This document shows positions 26,601 to 39,807 of a stretch of DNA of 64,000 bases, piece after piece. Position 1 is the first letter of the stretch. Every line of letters starts with the position of its first letter. Under the pieces are notes generated by a model. It saw only the letters and a program-made list of their open reading frames with translations, was not told the DNA's origin and did not search any database. The translations under genes and the position numbers were made by a program. The DNA lies in contig NW_015161414.1 in NCBI RefSeq assembly GCF_001447785.1, forward strand, positions 154,768 through 218,767, given 5' to 3'. The stretch comes from Gekko japonicus. Lineage: Eukaryota.

Positions 26601-28921
26601 GTGTGAGTACTCAGTTAATTATTCATTTTTTTAAATCTGAAAATTCATTGAATGGTTAAACCTTCCAAGAATAGCTCAACAATGGAACCAGTTACCAAAG
26701 TGGTGGTAGCAATATTAGGCACTCCCTCACTTATAGGTCATTAAGCAGAGCCATCTGTCAGGAATGCTGTGGGTTTCCTGCACTGTGCAGGGAGATGGAC
26801 TAGATGGTTTAAGGCCCTTTTCCAACACCAGAACTTTCGGTGTGACATACCATGAAACTTACTTCTGTTTATTTAAATGTATAGCATTTCTGAAGAAAAT
26901 GTATTTATCTCAGAAGTAAAACCTTTGGGTAGGAGTCTTTGTTAAAGTTCATACAACTAATATCAAATGTTCACTGTATAAAAATTGTTCAGGGAACAAC
27001 AGAATGCCCTGTCAATAGGAGAACAAAAAATGCTACATCTATTCAAAACATGAAAAATTAGATCTAACTTTTGAGTAACAACAGAAATTGGATGAGCAGC
27101 CTAACAATTAATTAAATATAAGCCACCAAGGGCTATAAGCATCAAACTACTTACTGCAAAATAACTCGGTGTACACTGATTATTTTTTACCAGATTAAGA
27201 TAGCAATCCTGTCCAGAGTTACTCCAGTCTAAGCTTATTGGTTTCAGTGGGCCTAAAGTGGAGTAACTGTGCATAGGGTTGCACCATAAGTACATTAGAG
27301 ACCATTGTTCGAGTCATTTCTTGACAGTCTATTTTACATAAGGCTGAAATGTTCATTTTGGGGAGACTAAAACCCACAATCCAGTATAGACTGTTCAGCC
27401 AATGGCAGATGTAAAGAACTGAACTGGAACAACATCCATGTCTTTTGTGCATAAAAATGGAAAGGTACACGTTAGTCTATATGATTATCATAATCTGTGT
27501 CCCACAAAAAGAAATAGTAAGAGCAACTTAATTGCTATATGTTGTACAGTAGATTCAAATCTTGTTATACAACAGAGCTGGGATCTAAGTAAAGCTCAGG
27601 TGACAGGTGTGAAAACATAGAAATGGTACATCTAGTTTTGACTGGTGTGCAGCATCCTTAGTTGCCATTGCCGCTAATGCTTAAGCAGATGACCTGATAC
27701 CAAGTGTAACTGGAATGAAATTAGGCATATGTGTATTAACTCTCATAAAATACAACCAGAAACAACACTGAAATAATGTACACTGTGGCAATACTGAATT
27801 TACTCATGCTGTACAAGGAGTGCTAGAGTAAAATCTAGCAGCTTCACAGATGTTGATTCATACAGAGGGACAGCCATCTGCCAGTATCTCAAGAGTATAA
27901 ACATTGCCTATCCCACTAAAGAGAGAATCTGCTGAGACACTGTTATCAATCAGATACTTATTTAATTGATCACTGTTCTAAAATATTATTTTGGAATTGT
28001 TATCCCGAATATAAAACTCACTCTCCTCTTTATTTGCTGCAAATGAAGTTGGTTTTGCTGATCATTTGATAATGATACTGAACTCCAGCACCCTTGCGGT
28101 AGAAAAAACAGAGACTCTTTAGTTGTAGACAGAAATTTCATGGGTTCCACAGATCTCTGATGAGCAATTCCAACTTGATATTTGCAGCATTTGGACATAC
28201 TTTAAATAACAATTTTGAATAATCAAGAGATAACCAAGAAGATTTAAGCTATGGCTTAGTCGTGAGATTCAGAGCAGTACAATGGTCATATTCAAATAAT
28301 GCAAAACTTGTTTACTTGCTTGACTCTCAGACAAAAAATGATGCTGGGCACGTGTGTATTTATATATGGCTTTATAGTATCAATGAAGGGAAAACAATGG
28401 TATTCCGAAATTGTTTAGATCTTCAAAGAGAAAAATATTTTTCAAGTATTTTAATAAAAATTCCTTACATAAGAAACTGAAAAACCCTATTTTGCAAAAC
28501 AAGCAGTATTTTCTCATACCACTGTCCAAATGAATCAATGATACAAACTTAAACTTTCATATCTTTTTCTAACAGTACTTACCAAAAAGAAGATCAAAGA
28601 TATGGAGACAATGATCAATGCATGAATATTTACAAAGGCATTACTCCATATCCAAAATCAAAATTTTTGATTACAAATATAGAAATGAACATGTGCTAAT
28701 TACTGGTATAAACTGTTATTGTTTTGAAACCACAATATGGCAGCAGTCACCGAGCTGTAGCTACTGAGAACATTCAATGCATTTTAAAAATATAAAACAT
28801 ATGATGATGTTCCTTTGTTGATGACACTTTGGAAAAGACAACCTTTCGTTTCTTAATATGACTTTTTCAAATCTTGTTTGTAATATGCCACTGATTCATT
28901 ATATACAAACTCTTCTTTCTT
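23610..28921 (-). other. KLHL24: Probable long KLHL24 3'UTR with poly(A) signal AATAAA at 23637-23632
   Basis: AT-rich, TE-poor 5.3 kb after the stop codon; AATAAA followed by a U-rich tract on the - strand; mammalian KLHL24 also has a multi-kb 3'UTR. Confidence 0.6.
26715..26830 (+). mobile_element. Degenerate CR1 3' end inside the KLHL24 3'UTR (antisense)
   Basis: ccatctgtcaggaatgct...gcagggagatggactagatg...ggcccttttccaac. Confidence 0.6.
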
Positions 28922-29122
28922 TTAGAGTTTAAAGGACTTTTCATTGTATCTGTGAATAGTCACACATCCATGATATGAGACTGGCCTGGGCATGGCTGCT
29001 ACTCCTGTGATAATGCTGGTTGCAGGGTCGTAACAAAGAATAGTATCTGTGGCTTCTCCATTTTCACGCCTACCACCCAGAATATAGATCTTGCCATTAC
29101 ATACAGACATGCCACAGTTTTC
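28922..29122 (-). CDS. KLHL24: KLHL24 last coding exon
   Basis: ENCGMSVCNGKIYILGGRRENGEATDTILCYDP...HRYNEKSFKL*; acag|GAA acceptor. Confidence 0.97.
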   Translation of the reverse strand, partial: ENCGMSVCNGKIYILGGRRENGEATDTILCYDPATSIITGVAAMPRPVSYHGCVTIHRYNEKSFKL

Positions 29123-30237
29123 CTGTTCACCAAATATACAAAGAAGTGTGCATTAAAACAAAATAGGTGTTTCTGGAAATTTGACTTACCTCTGATGTTG
29201 ATGAAACAGATATAACAGCATACCATGCCAGATTTTGCTCATTCTAGATGTTTTCATATTTCTTGATAATATCCATACTTTATACCAGGAATTAGGAGAA
29301 CTCACACACATCCTGACATTGCAGGGGTAAATACAGTTGACAGGAGTCATATTGCATGTCAACAGTCAAGACTTAGCCTTTGAAGATATCATGCTGTTTT
29401 GCCAACTCCAAGGGGAGATGCAGCAGAATAATTCTGCGGCACTTAAGTATTCCAGTCCTAGTGGAATTGGCATGGCTGACTCTGCAGTCTGTTATGGGAA
29501 AAGGCTAGTTAAGTATTAAGCAGAATAGAAGCACTGTATGAAAAGAATGAAAAGACGAGAACAAATTAAGAGAAAAGATTCAGAAAAGAAAGTAGCAGCA
29601 AATGAGGAAAGGTGCCAGAGCACAGTAAAAGAAATAGAACCAGAAGAACTGAGATGTGTTTTGAATACTGGATTAGAATCTATAGAGAACATAAAATACA
29701 AACTTCCAAAACAAGCCCCTGAAAGAAGAGACAAACTACTACTACACAAATCAAGGGACAGTTACAATAGGTAAGCAGCACACGAGTAAAAGACAGGTGG
29801 ATACAAAGGATAGAAACCCAAGGCAACTAATCTATTAAGATTTCTTTTGTAGAATATTGTAAAATGTTGGAAAAACTATCGAGGCAAAAACAATAGTGTT
29901 TCATTTTACTATATGGAATAAAATTACATTTTTGTAAACCAGGGGTCAGTTTGTTGCAACAAAAATACATAGAAATCTACTGGCACCTTAAAGACTAGGA
30001 AGGTTTTATTCCAGGATAAACTTTGAACTAGACTGAACTTCATCAGATACAACATAGTGGGTCCTTATTAGGCAAACTTTTATGTATGAGTTTATAAAAG
30101 GCTATGAAAAACAGGAAGTAAAGGTTGAAATGTAACTGTGTAAAATTCAAATGTAGTAACAGAATCTACAGAAACAATTCACAATAACTGGTATTTCTTT
30201 GGTTTTGCTAAGCTAGTTAACATCTAAAATGATGTTC

Positions 30238-30400
30238 TAAGCAGGGCTAACCCTGGCAAGTAATTGGAAGGGAGACCTCCAAGGAATACCAGGGCTCAGG
30301 ATGCAGAGGCAGGCTATCAGATAAGCCACCTCTCTGAAAACATTCAAATCCCACTAGGGGGTCGCCAGAAGTCGCCATGACTTCCAGGCATGCAAGCACA
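30238..30400 (+). mobile_element. 5S rRNA-derived SINE (5' truncated)
   Basis: ctaagcagggct..ccctggcaagtaattggaagggagacc..caaggaatacc resembles the 5S internal promoter region. Confidence 0.7.
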
Positions 30401-31108
30401 TACACACAAAAACCTACAAAGAATGATGTTCTGCAGGACATTCAACACAAGATTGAATGACCTGAAGAGATTATGACCTGAATCAACCCATCTGTTTGGG
30501 GGGGGGGGCAGTTACATCCAACCTAATTACGAGGTTTTGAGAATCTAAAAGCTTGCGTGCTGGTTTTTGCCATTTTGATTGATATGAAAACTATTATATG
30601 GCTTTTGCTTTTGGACTTAAGCATACACAATTGAATGGAGGATTATAGTCCAAAAGGAACAGCTTTATGGCAATGGAGATTTTGCTTTCACTTTTCCATA
30701 TGTACATTTTTTCAATGGAAGCATCCTTAGCCACAAAATAGTTTTGTACTGTATATTTTAGACAATTTTAAATATATTAAACTAAATGCACCATGTTTGG
30801 AATTGCAAAGCTAAACATATTGTTAAGTTATACTTATATCTTGGTACAATTTGTTCAAGTCAGTTTCTTAAGAAGCTTCTTTAGTATAGGTAAACTGAGC
30901 AAAACAAAAGGAATAATATCAAATTCACTAGGAACCCTTATGTTTGGCTACCTTAAAGTATTGTAGAAACCTTCAGTTCCAGTTAAAAAGAATGAGATTG
31001 CTAGCATAAACCAGCTTTCATTAGATGCAGTCTTGCAGTTTTTGATTGCTCTAAAATATGAAATGAACATACTCAAGAAATAACATCTTATTAGTTTTTG
31101 TTGGTTAC

Positions 31109-31297
31109 CTGTCTGCTAAATGTATTCTGTACATGCATCCAGTAATCTTCAAGTGGATCATAGCAATATATCGCCTTTGTGAGCCCTCCAGCAACATAGA
31201 TGAGATTGTTTAATGATACAGCTGTTATACATCTCTTTGCAATGGGGATTGTTGCACGGAGTAGCCAAGAATTACTATCAGGATCATATGACTGAAC
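31109..31297 (-). CDS. KLHL24: KLHL24 coding exon 5 (Kelch)
   Basis: VQSYDPDSNSWLLRATIPIAKRCITAVSLNNLIYVAGG...FSRQ; 189 nt. Confidence 0.97.
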
Positions 31298-31580
31298 CTG
31301 AAAAGAAAGATATTTAAGTTTTAAAAGCTGTTATAATCAAATGCATATAGTAGCTGTGGTGTGAATTCTACAGTGATTGGGTAAGTATTAGAAATGGCTG
31401 GCTAAGTCAAAGGATATTGATTTTGTATTGCAAGTTATTAAAGCACACTTTTCCATTAATAATTCTATAAAAACAGATTTATGTTGTAATATATGGGAGA
31501 AAACGTAACACAACAGATAAATCTTTAATTTACATTTTTAAAATTACTAATATGTGAATAAATTAACAAGATTACCCAAC

Positions 31581-31769
31581 CTTGTCAGAGCATGTATTGT
31601 CATCCGGACCTCCTCCAATCACAAACAGTTTGCCTACACAGCTAGTGACTGCTGGTGAACTCACTGCTTCTTTAAGAGATGCCACCTCAGTCCATCGATT
31701 GGAAAAGGAGTCATAACATTCTACACTGCTTAGTCGACTTTGCCCATCATATCCACCAACCACATACAC
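31581..31769 (-). CDS. KLHL24: KLHL24 coding exon 4 (Kelch)
   Basis: VYVVGGYDGQSRLSSVECYD...DDNTCSDK; 189 nt. Confidence 0.97.
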
Positions 31770-32822
31770 CTTTAAAAAGAAAGAGAAAATGTTACCATAG
31801 TACATGTTTAGCTCCCATGTTATTTCAGTAAGTGTAAATGTCAAGTCATTTAAAGCTGCTGCACTTAATTTTCCCCCTTAAATCTGGACAGCTTGTATTA
31901 CCTCAGCAAGGAGATTCTCTATCAACAGTGACAGGACAGGTCATTTTCATTTTGTAATGCACAGAATTTTCAAGCTTTATAATAGTTAAAAAAAAATTAA
32001 ATCCACACCATCTGAACTACAAAGCTACTTCCCAAATTTTTGTCCCATTGTTACATGACCAAAAAGAGACCCTAGGATGAGGACACGTAGACAGAAACAG
32101 GTATGATTAATAGCTGAGGCCACTACAACGGAAACATATCATACCTCATGACAATGGAGGTTTAAGTGCATCCCTTTCTCTTGTACAAATAATATTAAGA
32201 AAATGCTTTTACAGGTTTCATCAGATACTAGTAGGACTGCTGGTTGGAACCTGGGAAATTGGTTGGTAGAGTATGCCAGAACCCTTATACATTCACTAAT
32301 GTGCTATGTATGTGATATAAAAACATTACCAGCAGCTCTTCTAGAATAAGAAGAAACCATGACCCCTGTTTGGGCCTTAATAGCAGTGACCGTATCGTAT
32401 GGTCTCAGGATGCTGACTTGTGTCCAATTATGTGCAGTACATTTCAGCTTGTTCAGTCTGTGGTGGACAGAATTCTTGGAAGTTTGAGACATACCACCTG
32501 CTTATATGACCCTGTCCCTTCTGGCTCCTTAAATCTGTTGTGGGGTGGTGGACATGGTACTGGAGACAGTAAATGTCTCCTTGAAAAAGGAGGTGGCTGC
32601 CCTTGCCTTGAAGTGGGAGCGTGGCATCCACTCCTAAAGAAACCTACCCTAGACGCAGGAAAGCTGAATGACTACCATCCAAACATTATTGAGCAAGGTG
32701 ATTGAATGAGCAGTGGGCAGCTTCAGCAATTCTTGAATAAAGTGGATTCTTTGGATCCATTTCAATTAGTCTTCCAGCCTGGTTATGAGAATGAAACAGC
32801 CTTGCTTGCCCTGGTGGATGAC

Positions 32823-33215
32823 CAGGGGTCATTTCCTGTAGGAGCGCACAGGAGTGGAGCTCTGGCAGTAAAGAGCCCAGGGGGCGGGCACATGCAACAA
32901 GCTCCACCCCCTACTCCCAACAGCCCTCAGTCAGAGCAAGCAGCAGCCAGATAAGTTGCAGAGCTCCCCCCGGCCCAAAACAGTCCAGTGGCAGCTTTAA
33001 GACCAAGTTTTATTCAGGTACAAGCTCTCCCTCCTCTGCGAGGCCAGATCTGCACATTCCCCCCCACAATAGCTAGCAATCCAAAACAGTCCAGTGGAGC
33101 CGGATAGGTGGGTGTTGCCTTCTGACACACTTCCGGTGATGTCATGGGGTGTGTCATATGCAAATGAGGTATGCTAATGAGCTCCTGTGCCTCTTTTTCT
33201 ACGAAATGACCCCTG
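32823..33215. mobile_element. hAT-type MITE
   Basis: TIR CAGGGGTCATTTC...GAAATGACCCCTG; 8-bp TSD tggatgac/tagataac; second copy at 53486. Confidence 0.85.
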
Positions 33216-33787
33216 TAGATAACCTATGTCAGACTCAGGAGATGGACAGGCGGAGTGTGACACAGTTAACTCTCCTGGACCTCTTGGCTGTTTTCAGTAC
33301 CACTGATGATGGTATTATGACAACCCCGTCTGCATCCCTCCCTCAGAGGCAAGACTTTCCCTCTGTTGTTCTTTTCCTTTACTGACTGACCACCCTAATA
33401 ATGTGTTTTCTTCTTGGCTGAAGAACTTTGGCTGTCCCACCCTGTCACAGTATAATATTTTGGCTGTTTGGGAAGGAATGGGAGCCCTCTTTAACTTATA
33501 CGATTTACATAGCACTTGAGAAGTTTTTATATTCCAAATATTCCAAATTAAAATCTAGATTAGATCAGTGTGGTCTATGTGAGGCTGCCCTTGCAGACTG
33601 TCCAGAGCTTTCACTCAGTGCAGAATGCTGCGGCCAGAATGTCAACTGGAGTGGATCACAGGGACCATATCACTCCATTCTTGTTCCATCTACACTGGCT
33701 TCCAATTTTTTCCAGGGCCCAATTCAAGGTAAGGTATTGACCTTTAAGACCCTATATAGCTTGGGGCCAGGATACCTTAAGGACCGC

Positions 33788-34305
33788 TGTCATGATCTGG
33801 GCTGTGCCACCAGAGGCCTACTAGGCCCAGGGAGCCTGGCTAGCAGTAAGGGAGGCTGGACCTACAAACCCCAGAAGGCCTTGGGAAGTTTTGGTGCCAA
33901 TTTTGACCAATAGGGAAGAAGAACTGGTACAAGAGGGAAAGCTGTTCTTCTTCCCAAGAAACAGAGCCAGAAGGGACTGAGGCCGCTTTGGGGAAGAAAC
34001 CCTCATCCTGAGGGAAGGGTGAGTAGTCTAAGGCCACTTGATTGTGAGCTAGGGACAGTATATATTTAGATGCGTTAGGGCATTTGATTTGTTTTCTTTT
34101 CAACCACTTACTGTTATTATTCTGCACCTTGTTTGACCTCCTATAAAATAAACTATTTTCATAGTTCAATCTACCTGGTCCTCACGCCTATTATTCAGCC
34201 AAAAGGGAGGTCCTAAAGGCCTGGGAGGGTGCTCTGGGCCTTCTCAGAGGAGCCTGGAACCAAAGTGGTGGCAGCGTCAGGTGACACCCCACCTGAGTCG
34301 TGACA
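33788..34305 (+). mobile_element. Solo LTR (probably Gypsy)
   Basis: TGTCATGA...TCGTGACA termini; 5-bp TSD ACCGC; TATA-like and AATAAA motifs inside. Confidence 0.8.
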
Positions 34306-34349
34306 ACCGCCTACTCCCATATGAACTTACCAGACCTCTCCATGGAGAC

Positions 34350-36075
34350 AGATCAAGATGGGTAGCTGTGTTAGTCTGTCTGTAGCAGTAGAAAAGAGCA
34401 AGAGTCCAGTAGCACCTTAAACTTTAACAAAATTTGTGGTAGGGTATGAGCGTTCATGAGTCACTGCTCACTTCTTCAGATACAGTTAGAATGGGAGTCC
34501 ATCTGTCCTGATATCTTGGAGAGTAATTTCAGATGCTGAATGACAACAGCAGGCAAATGACAATAGCTGGCATAATTATATTAGGTGTGATATGCAGAGG
34601 GTTAGGTGTGGAGAGATCAGCACTGGTAGTGAGATGGGAAACCTAGATCTTGATTCAGTCCAGGAGGATGCATTGTTTTGAGCTTCATGATCAGTTGCAA
34701 TTCAGCAGTCTCACTTTCTAATCTGCCTTTGAAATTCCTTTGTAAGAGAACTGCTGCTCTTAGGTGAGCAACTGAATGTCCTAGAAGGTTAAAATCTGAA
34801 CCAGGCATTACAGGCCGTGGCTGGCTGGCTCCGGCTGAGCAGGCTGAAGTTAAACCCGGCGAAGACGGAGGTCCTGGGCTTGAGTCGCGGTGGCCTGGGG
34901 TTAGGGCTCCCTCTCCCGACCTTCGATGGGGTGCCTTTGGTACCAGCGCCGGAGGTTAGGAGTCTGGGAGTGCTCCTGGACTCCTCGTTAACCATGGAGG
35001 CCCAGGTGGCAGCCACTGCCAAGTCAGCCTTTTACCATCTGCGGCTGGTGCGGCAGTTGGTCCCCTTCCTCGACCGCAGCGACCTGGCCACAGTGATCCA
35101 TGCGACGGTCACCTCGAGGCTAGACTACTGTAACGCTCTCTACATGGGGCTGCCTTTGTTGCAAATCCGGAAGCTGCAGCTAGTGCAGAATGCTGCGGCC
35201 AGGTTGTTGATGGGTCTTCCTAGAAGGGACCATATCCAGCCTGTGCTGAAAGCGCTGCACTGGCTGCCTATAGCGTACCGGATTCGTTTCAAAGTGCTGG
35301 TTCTTACCTTTAAAGCCCTACATGGTCTGGGTCCAGCTTACCTAAGGGACCGCCTTTCCCCATATGTTCCCCAGCGAGCACTTCGGTCCGGGACGCAACA
35401 TCTCCTGGCAATGCCAGGCCCTAAAGAGGCCAGGCTGACCGCTACCAGGGCCAGGGCTTTCTCGGTGGCGGCTCCTACCTGGTGGAATGAGCTCCCAGAG
35501 GAGACCCGGGCCCTGCGGGACCTTGTACAGTTCCGCAGGGCCTGTAAGACGGAGCTCTTCCACCAGGCATATGAGTAGGGGCCGCCACTACCACCATTAC
35601 CATCATTACCATCATCTTACCCTGGCCCTGGATGAGGGAACGTCAGTGCCCCCGGAGCAGAACTGCTGAACAGTGTGAAGTACGCCATCTGTGAACATCG
35701 AGAGCACTTTAGTTAGTTAGTTAATAACTTATTAAGAATGTTTTGTATTATATGGATTTTAAATGGTTTTAAATATGTTTTTATATTGGCGTATGCCCTT
35801 ATGTGAGCCGCCCTGAGCCTGCATTGCGGGGAGGGCGGGGTATAAACTGAATAAAATAAATAAATAAATAAATAAAATATTCCCCCACTGTTTTTTTTTT
35901 TAATGTTGTGGTTTCTAATGTCAGACTTATGTTCATTTATTCTTTGTCATAGGGACTGGCCTATTTGTCAAATGTAGAGGGCAGAAGGGCATTGCTGACA
36001 TGTGATGGCATAAATCACGTGAGAGGATGAGCAGAAGTATGAACTTGATATGTCTGATATTGCTGGGTCCAATGA
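34350..36075 (-). mobile_element. Penelope-like element 3' fragment (GIY-YIG endonuclease), split by a younger L2
   Basis: Rejoined frame VIYAITCQQCPSALYI*...RINEHKSDIRNHN..TVGEYFNLLGHS...ETAELQLIMKLKT..PGLNQD; terminal repeat with a decayed hammerhead at ~34440-34485. Confidence 0.8.
34796..35872 (+). mobile_element. Young 5'-truncated L2-clade LINE (ORF2 C-terminus, 3'UTR, (TAAA)n tail)
   Basis: Open 253-aa frame with LKLNPAKTE, SRLDYCNALY and LQLVQNAAAR motifs; tail gccgccctgagcc...gggcggggtataaa-(TAAA)n; TAAAAT direct repeat at 34790 and 35873. Confidence 0.92.
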
Positions 36076-36224
36076 TATTCACAGGCCCTCTTCTGAGTGC
36101 CCCTACCATCCGAGGCTAAATGGGTGGCAACTCAAAAAAAGGGCCTTCTTGGTTATGGTGCTGGAACCTGGGAACTTCCTCCTCAGGGAGATCTGTCCAT
36201 CTCCTTCTATTGGTGTCTACTGGG

Positions 36225-36551
36225 CAGGGTTGCCAGGTTTGTCCTGGCAACTGGCAGGGGATGAGGGGAGACTTACCAGGCGAAAGAAGGCGGCCCAGGT
36301 GATGTCACACAGGAAGTGAAATCATGCTGTGACATAATGGCGATGCTCAGGTATCTGGGCAAAAACTCTATGGTAAAAATTACTTCTACCATAGAGGTTT
36401 TGCACAAATACCGGAGTATCACTTCCTGTATGACATCGCCTGAGCATTCCTTTCTCCTAACAAGTCCCCCCGCTGGCCAGCTGACTGGTAATGAGGGGCA
36501 GGGCCTGGTGACAGGGGACTCTCATCTCCACCAGAGGGCCTGGCAACCCTA
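36225..36551. mobile_element. hAT-type MITE, same TIR family as 9200
   Basis: AGGGTTGCCAGG...CCTGGCAACCCT; degenerate 8-bp TSD ctactggg/cttctggc; internal hairpin ~36349-36415. Confidence 0.8.
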
Positions 36552-38989
36552 CTTCTGGCAGAGGATGATTTTTTTGTTTCTTTGATTTGGTATTCCTTCA
36601 CTGACTCTTATTAGCCCTCCTTGCTGTTTATATGTGTTTGTGGTTTTTTTAAAAAAAATCTTTTAGGTATTTTAAATATATTTGCATTGTAAACGCTTGA
36701 TAATGCTTGAAATGTTTTAATGTTTGCCATCTTGGGGACCCTTGGATCCAAAGGCAGCACAAAAATGTTTTAAATATATAAAATAATAATAATATAATCA
36801 AGTTTCTGAATAAATTCTTCTACCATATCATATTCCTTCTATCCACCTGAATTTGGGGTGCTTACACCTGTGATTCTTCTGATATAGGGAAAAATGTGTA
36901 AAAGCCTGTGGGTGAACAGATTAAACTTCCTGCTAATTCCATCAGAAACTACAGAGTAGCTATCTTCAATCAGCTGCATTTGCTTGGACACATGAAACAT
37001 GATGTGATGGAACAAGAATTTGAGTGTATTAATTGATGCCTGAACAGGAGTTCTGCTGTAAGAGCTAACATTATTTTTGTATCTTTGACTACTAAATGCT
37101 TAATCCTCATTAGTGAAGGTCCCTTTAAGAGTTCCTACATAAACATTCCACCAAATGACTGCTTCGCTTGCAGCTAACAGTGTCACTGACATCTAATGAA
37201 GTAGACAACAGCCCACAAAAGCTCATGCTCTGAAAAAAAAATCTTGAAACTACAACTTGTTAAAAATATTAGTTTCTAATGTCTGTAGACTATAACAGTC
37301 ATACTTGAATATCTCCTGTATAAATTGATGGCTGCTGTTTGTTTATACCCCCCTCCAGGAGTTTCTCAATTTCTCAGGATCTTGAGAGCAGGCTAGTTTC
37401 TTCACCTCTTCTCTACTTTCATTTGCCAGCTTTCAACTGTTTTCAGCGTTCAATAGTCAGTCCTTCAGTTTCTATGGTCCCCCCACTCCCAATTTTATTA
37501 ATTTACCAAATCAGTTGTTTTCCTGCATACTTGTTTCCCCAAAGTATGTACAAAACCTTAACTCTTCTGTGGATGGCCTGGTTTTGTTGCTTTCATGACT
37601 CATACCAAACACTTGATTTACCATTATATACAGTGGCTGTTTCCACATGGGGACATGAAAATGCACCCCTGCCATGGCAACATAGCTAATGGGGTGAACA
37701 CAGCGTCTGCACACAACCATCCCTGCTGTTCCTGCTGCTCCTGCCACCCTGCCACTCTTTCTGTTTTCTGTTGTGTTTCTGCAAAAGCACAGATATGACA
37801 GCGACAGCAATTTTGGTGCCACACCCCACTCCCCAGACCCCTCCTTTCCCTGCGGAACCACACTGTGGGAAAGGGGGGGGGAATTGGGAAAGGGGAAAAA
37901 AAGCCTTTAAAAGACTAAAAAGGGGCAGGGGGTGGAATATGGAGTTTAGTTATGCCCATTCCCATAGTGGCTAAAGGTGACCGTTCCACCCGAACCTACC
38001 CTGCAAATTCCCTTTTGAGCCAAATTGAAGCAGTTTTGTTTTAATCCATCTCAAAGGGAAAAAACACACATCATGCTAGCATAGAGCTTAATGTTGTCTG
38101 GATGCCTCCAAATACTGTGGGAGCCTTCTGCCCATGCAGGGGAAACCCTCCTTGTAGACACAGCAACTAACTGGGTATAGTAAAGAATTACATTTAGGGA
38201 CATCCCTTGACTCTGGGTGGCTTGATCCTCACTGACTTAGATCCAATGGAAGGCACCATATTGCACCCCTTCCCTAGCATCCTTACATACAATCCCACTA
38301 ATAATAATGGGTATTTTGTTAGGTTTTAATAAAACATGCAAATAAACGAAAGTGGCACCAAGTAGACAAGATGACACCAATTTTGGGTACTGAAAGATTA
38401 TGCAATATTTTATCGCTGCCAAAAAAGCATCCCATGTTGAACCTTCCCTTGCCATGTGTGGCATTACTTACTTCATGTCATGAAGTATCATCATGTTGAG
38501 AGTTCCTGCTTCCCCTTCCAGCAGTAGCAAAGGACGTGGAACTAAGAAAACCTGTGAGCACCTCATCCCACAGAATAAGCAATTCTGCATGTTACAGGAG
38601 AGATCGCAACATGGAGATGCAGTTTTTAGCAACAGACCTTTCCTGAGTGTAATGTGTAGCATATGCTACACATGTGCTCAAAATAAGAACTGGGATAACA
38701 TCAGTGCTAAATTGTGACAGCCCCATCAAGTTAGCACCAAACAATCAGCCTTACCTGGGGAACGCTGGCCTAGAAGGTGGCAGAGAATCTAGGGGAAGCC
38801 TTCTGCCATTGCCCAACCTGACAATGTGCAGAACAGCAGGCATGGGCAAAAGGCAGCTGACTCCAGTGGCAGCACACAGGAAGCAGAATGTGGCCCAGGC
38901 CAGGGGAGCTGCCCATTCTCAGCTTCAGGTCCATGGGGGCATGTCTCCAAGAGCACTGGAGGGCCTTAATGGATCATAAGAAAACAGCT

Positions 38990-39170
38990 GGGCCCCTGAC
39001 GTGGATAGCCCAGGCAAGCCCGATCTTGTCAGATATCCAAAGCTAAACAGGGCAAACCCTAACAAGTACTTGGAAGGGAGACCTCCAAGGAATAGCAGGA
39101 CCAGGACGCAGAGGCAGGGAATATCAAGCCACCTCTCTGAAATGTCACCATGACTCCCAGGCACGCAGGC
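38990..39170 (+). mobile_element. 5S rRNA-derived SINE
   Basis: gcccgatcttgtcagat..aagctaaacaggg..agtacttggaagggagacc aligns to 5S rRNA, followed by a non-5S body. Confidence 0.75.
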
Positions 39171-39688
39171 ACACCTGCGCGCATGCGCGCGCACACACAC
39201 ACACTTGCACAAAAATACTCACCAAAAAAAGAAAAAAGAAAACAGCTGGGGAAGAACAGGGCTGCATGCCAGAGCAGCACCAGGCTATAAAGGCCAAGTG
39301 GGAGGAGACAACTAGAGGGTGGAACAGTAAAAACGGAGAAGAGAGTCAGAGCAGGGAGAAACAGGAAGATGTGGGAGTGAAAGTAGAAACAGTGGAGAAA
39401 GGAGGCAGGAGAACAACACTAAACAAGGGAACCTAGGACAGCTGGGACACAGTGAGTGAAGAAAATTACAGAGAGCTGTACTTGGTTCATACTAAATACA
39501 AATGTTTGCATACACTTTTCTGCGTGGCAATGAGTTTGTGACACTATGGAGGGTGCTTTTAACATTCCCCTTAAACCAATTTATGAAAATGGCGGAACTA
39601 ATTGAGACAATACAGTCTGATTTCCAATGTACGTTACATTTCAACTTGCTTAGGAAGTTAAGTATTTCAAATAACAAAAGTCTCTTAC

Positions 39689-39807
39689 TTTACCAAGAAG
39701 GACAGCCATTTTATGACGCCATCGACCTTTATTTAAAGAGGCAACTCTGATCCAAATGTTAAGTTGAGAATTATAAATCCATACATCGCGGCTGTTGATT
39801 CTTCCAC
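39689..39807 (-). CDS. KLHL24: KLHL24 coding exon 3 (Kelch)
   Basis: [39 protein letters not shown]; 119 nt. Confidence 0.97.

Larger units (their letters stand above)
32300..36780 (+). mobile_element. Old fragmented L2-clade LINE hosting nested insertions
   Basis: Interrupted ORF2 pieces in order: LDPFQLVFQPGYENETALLALVDD, LLDLLAVFST, KVLTFKTLYSLGPGYLKDR, KRAFLVMV. Confidence 0.75.

Noticed and set aside
38990-39110. 5S rRNA-like sequence
   Set aside because: Diverged, lacks proper 5S ends and is fused to a repeat body: a SINE head, not an rRNA gene. The tRNA-like heads at 18807, 55513 and 63741 are likewise SINEs.
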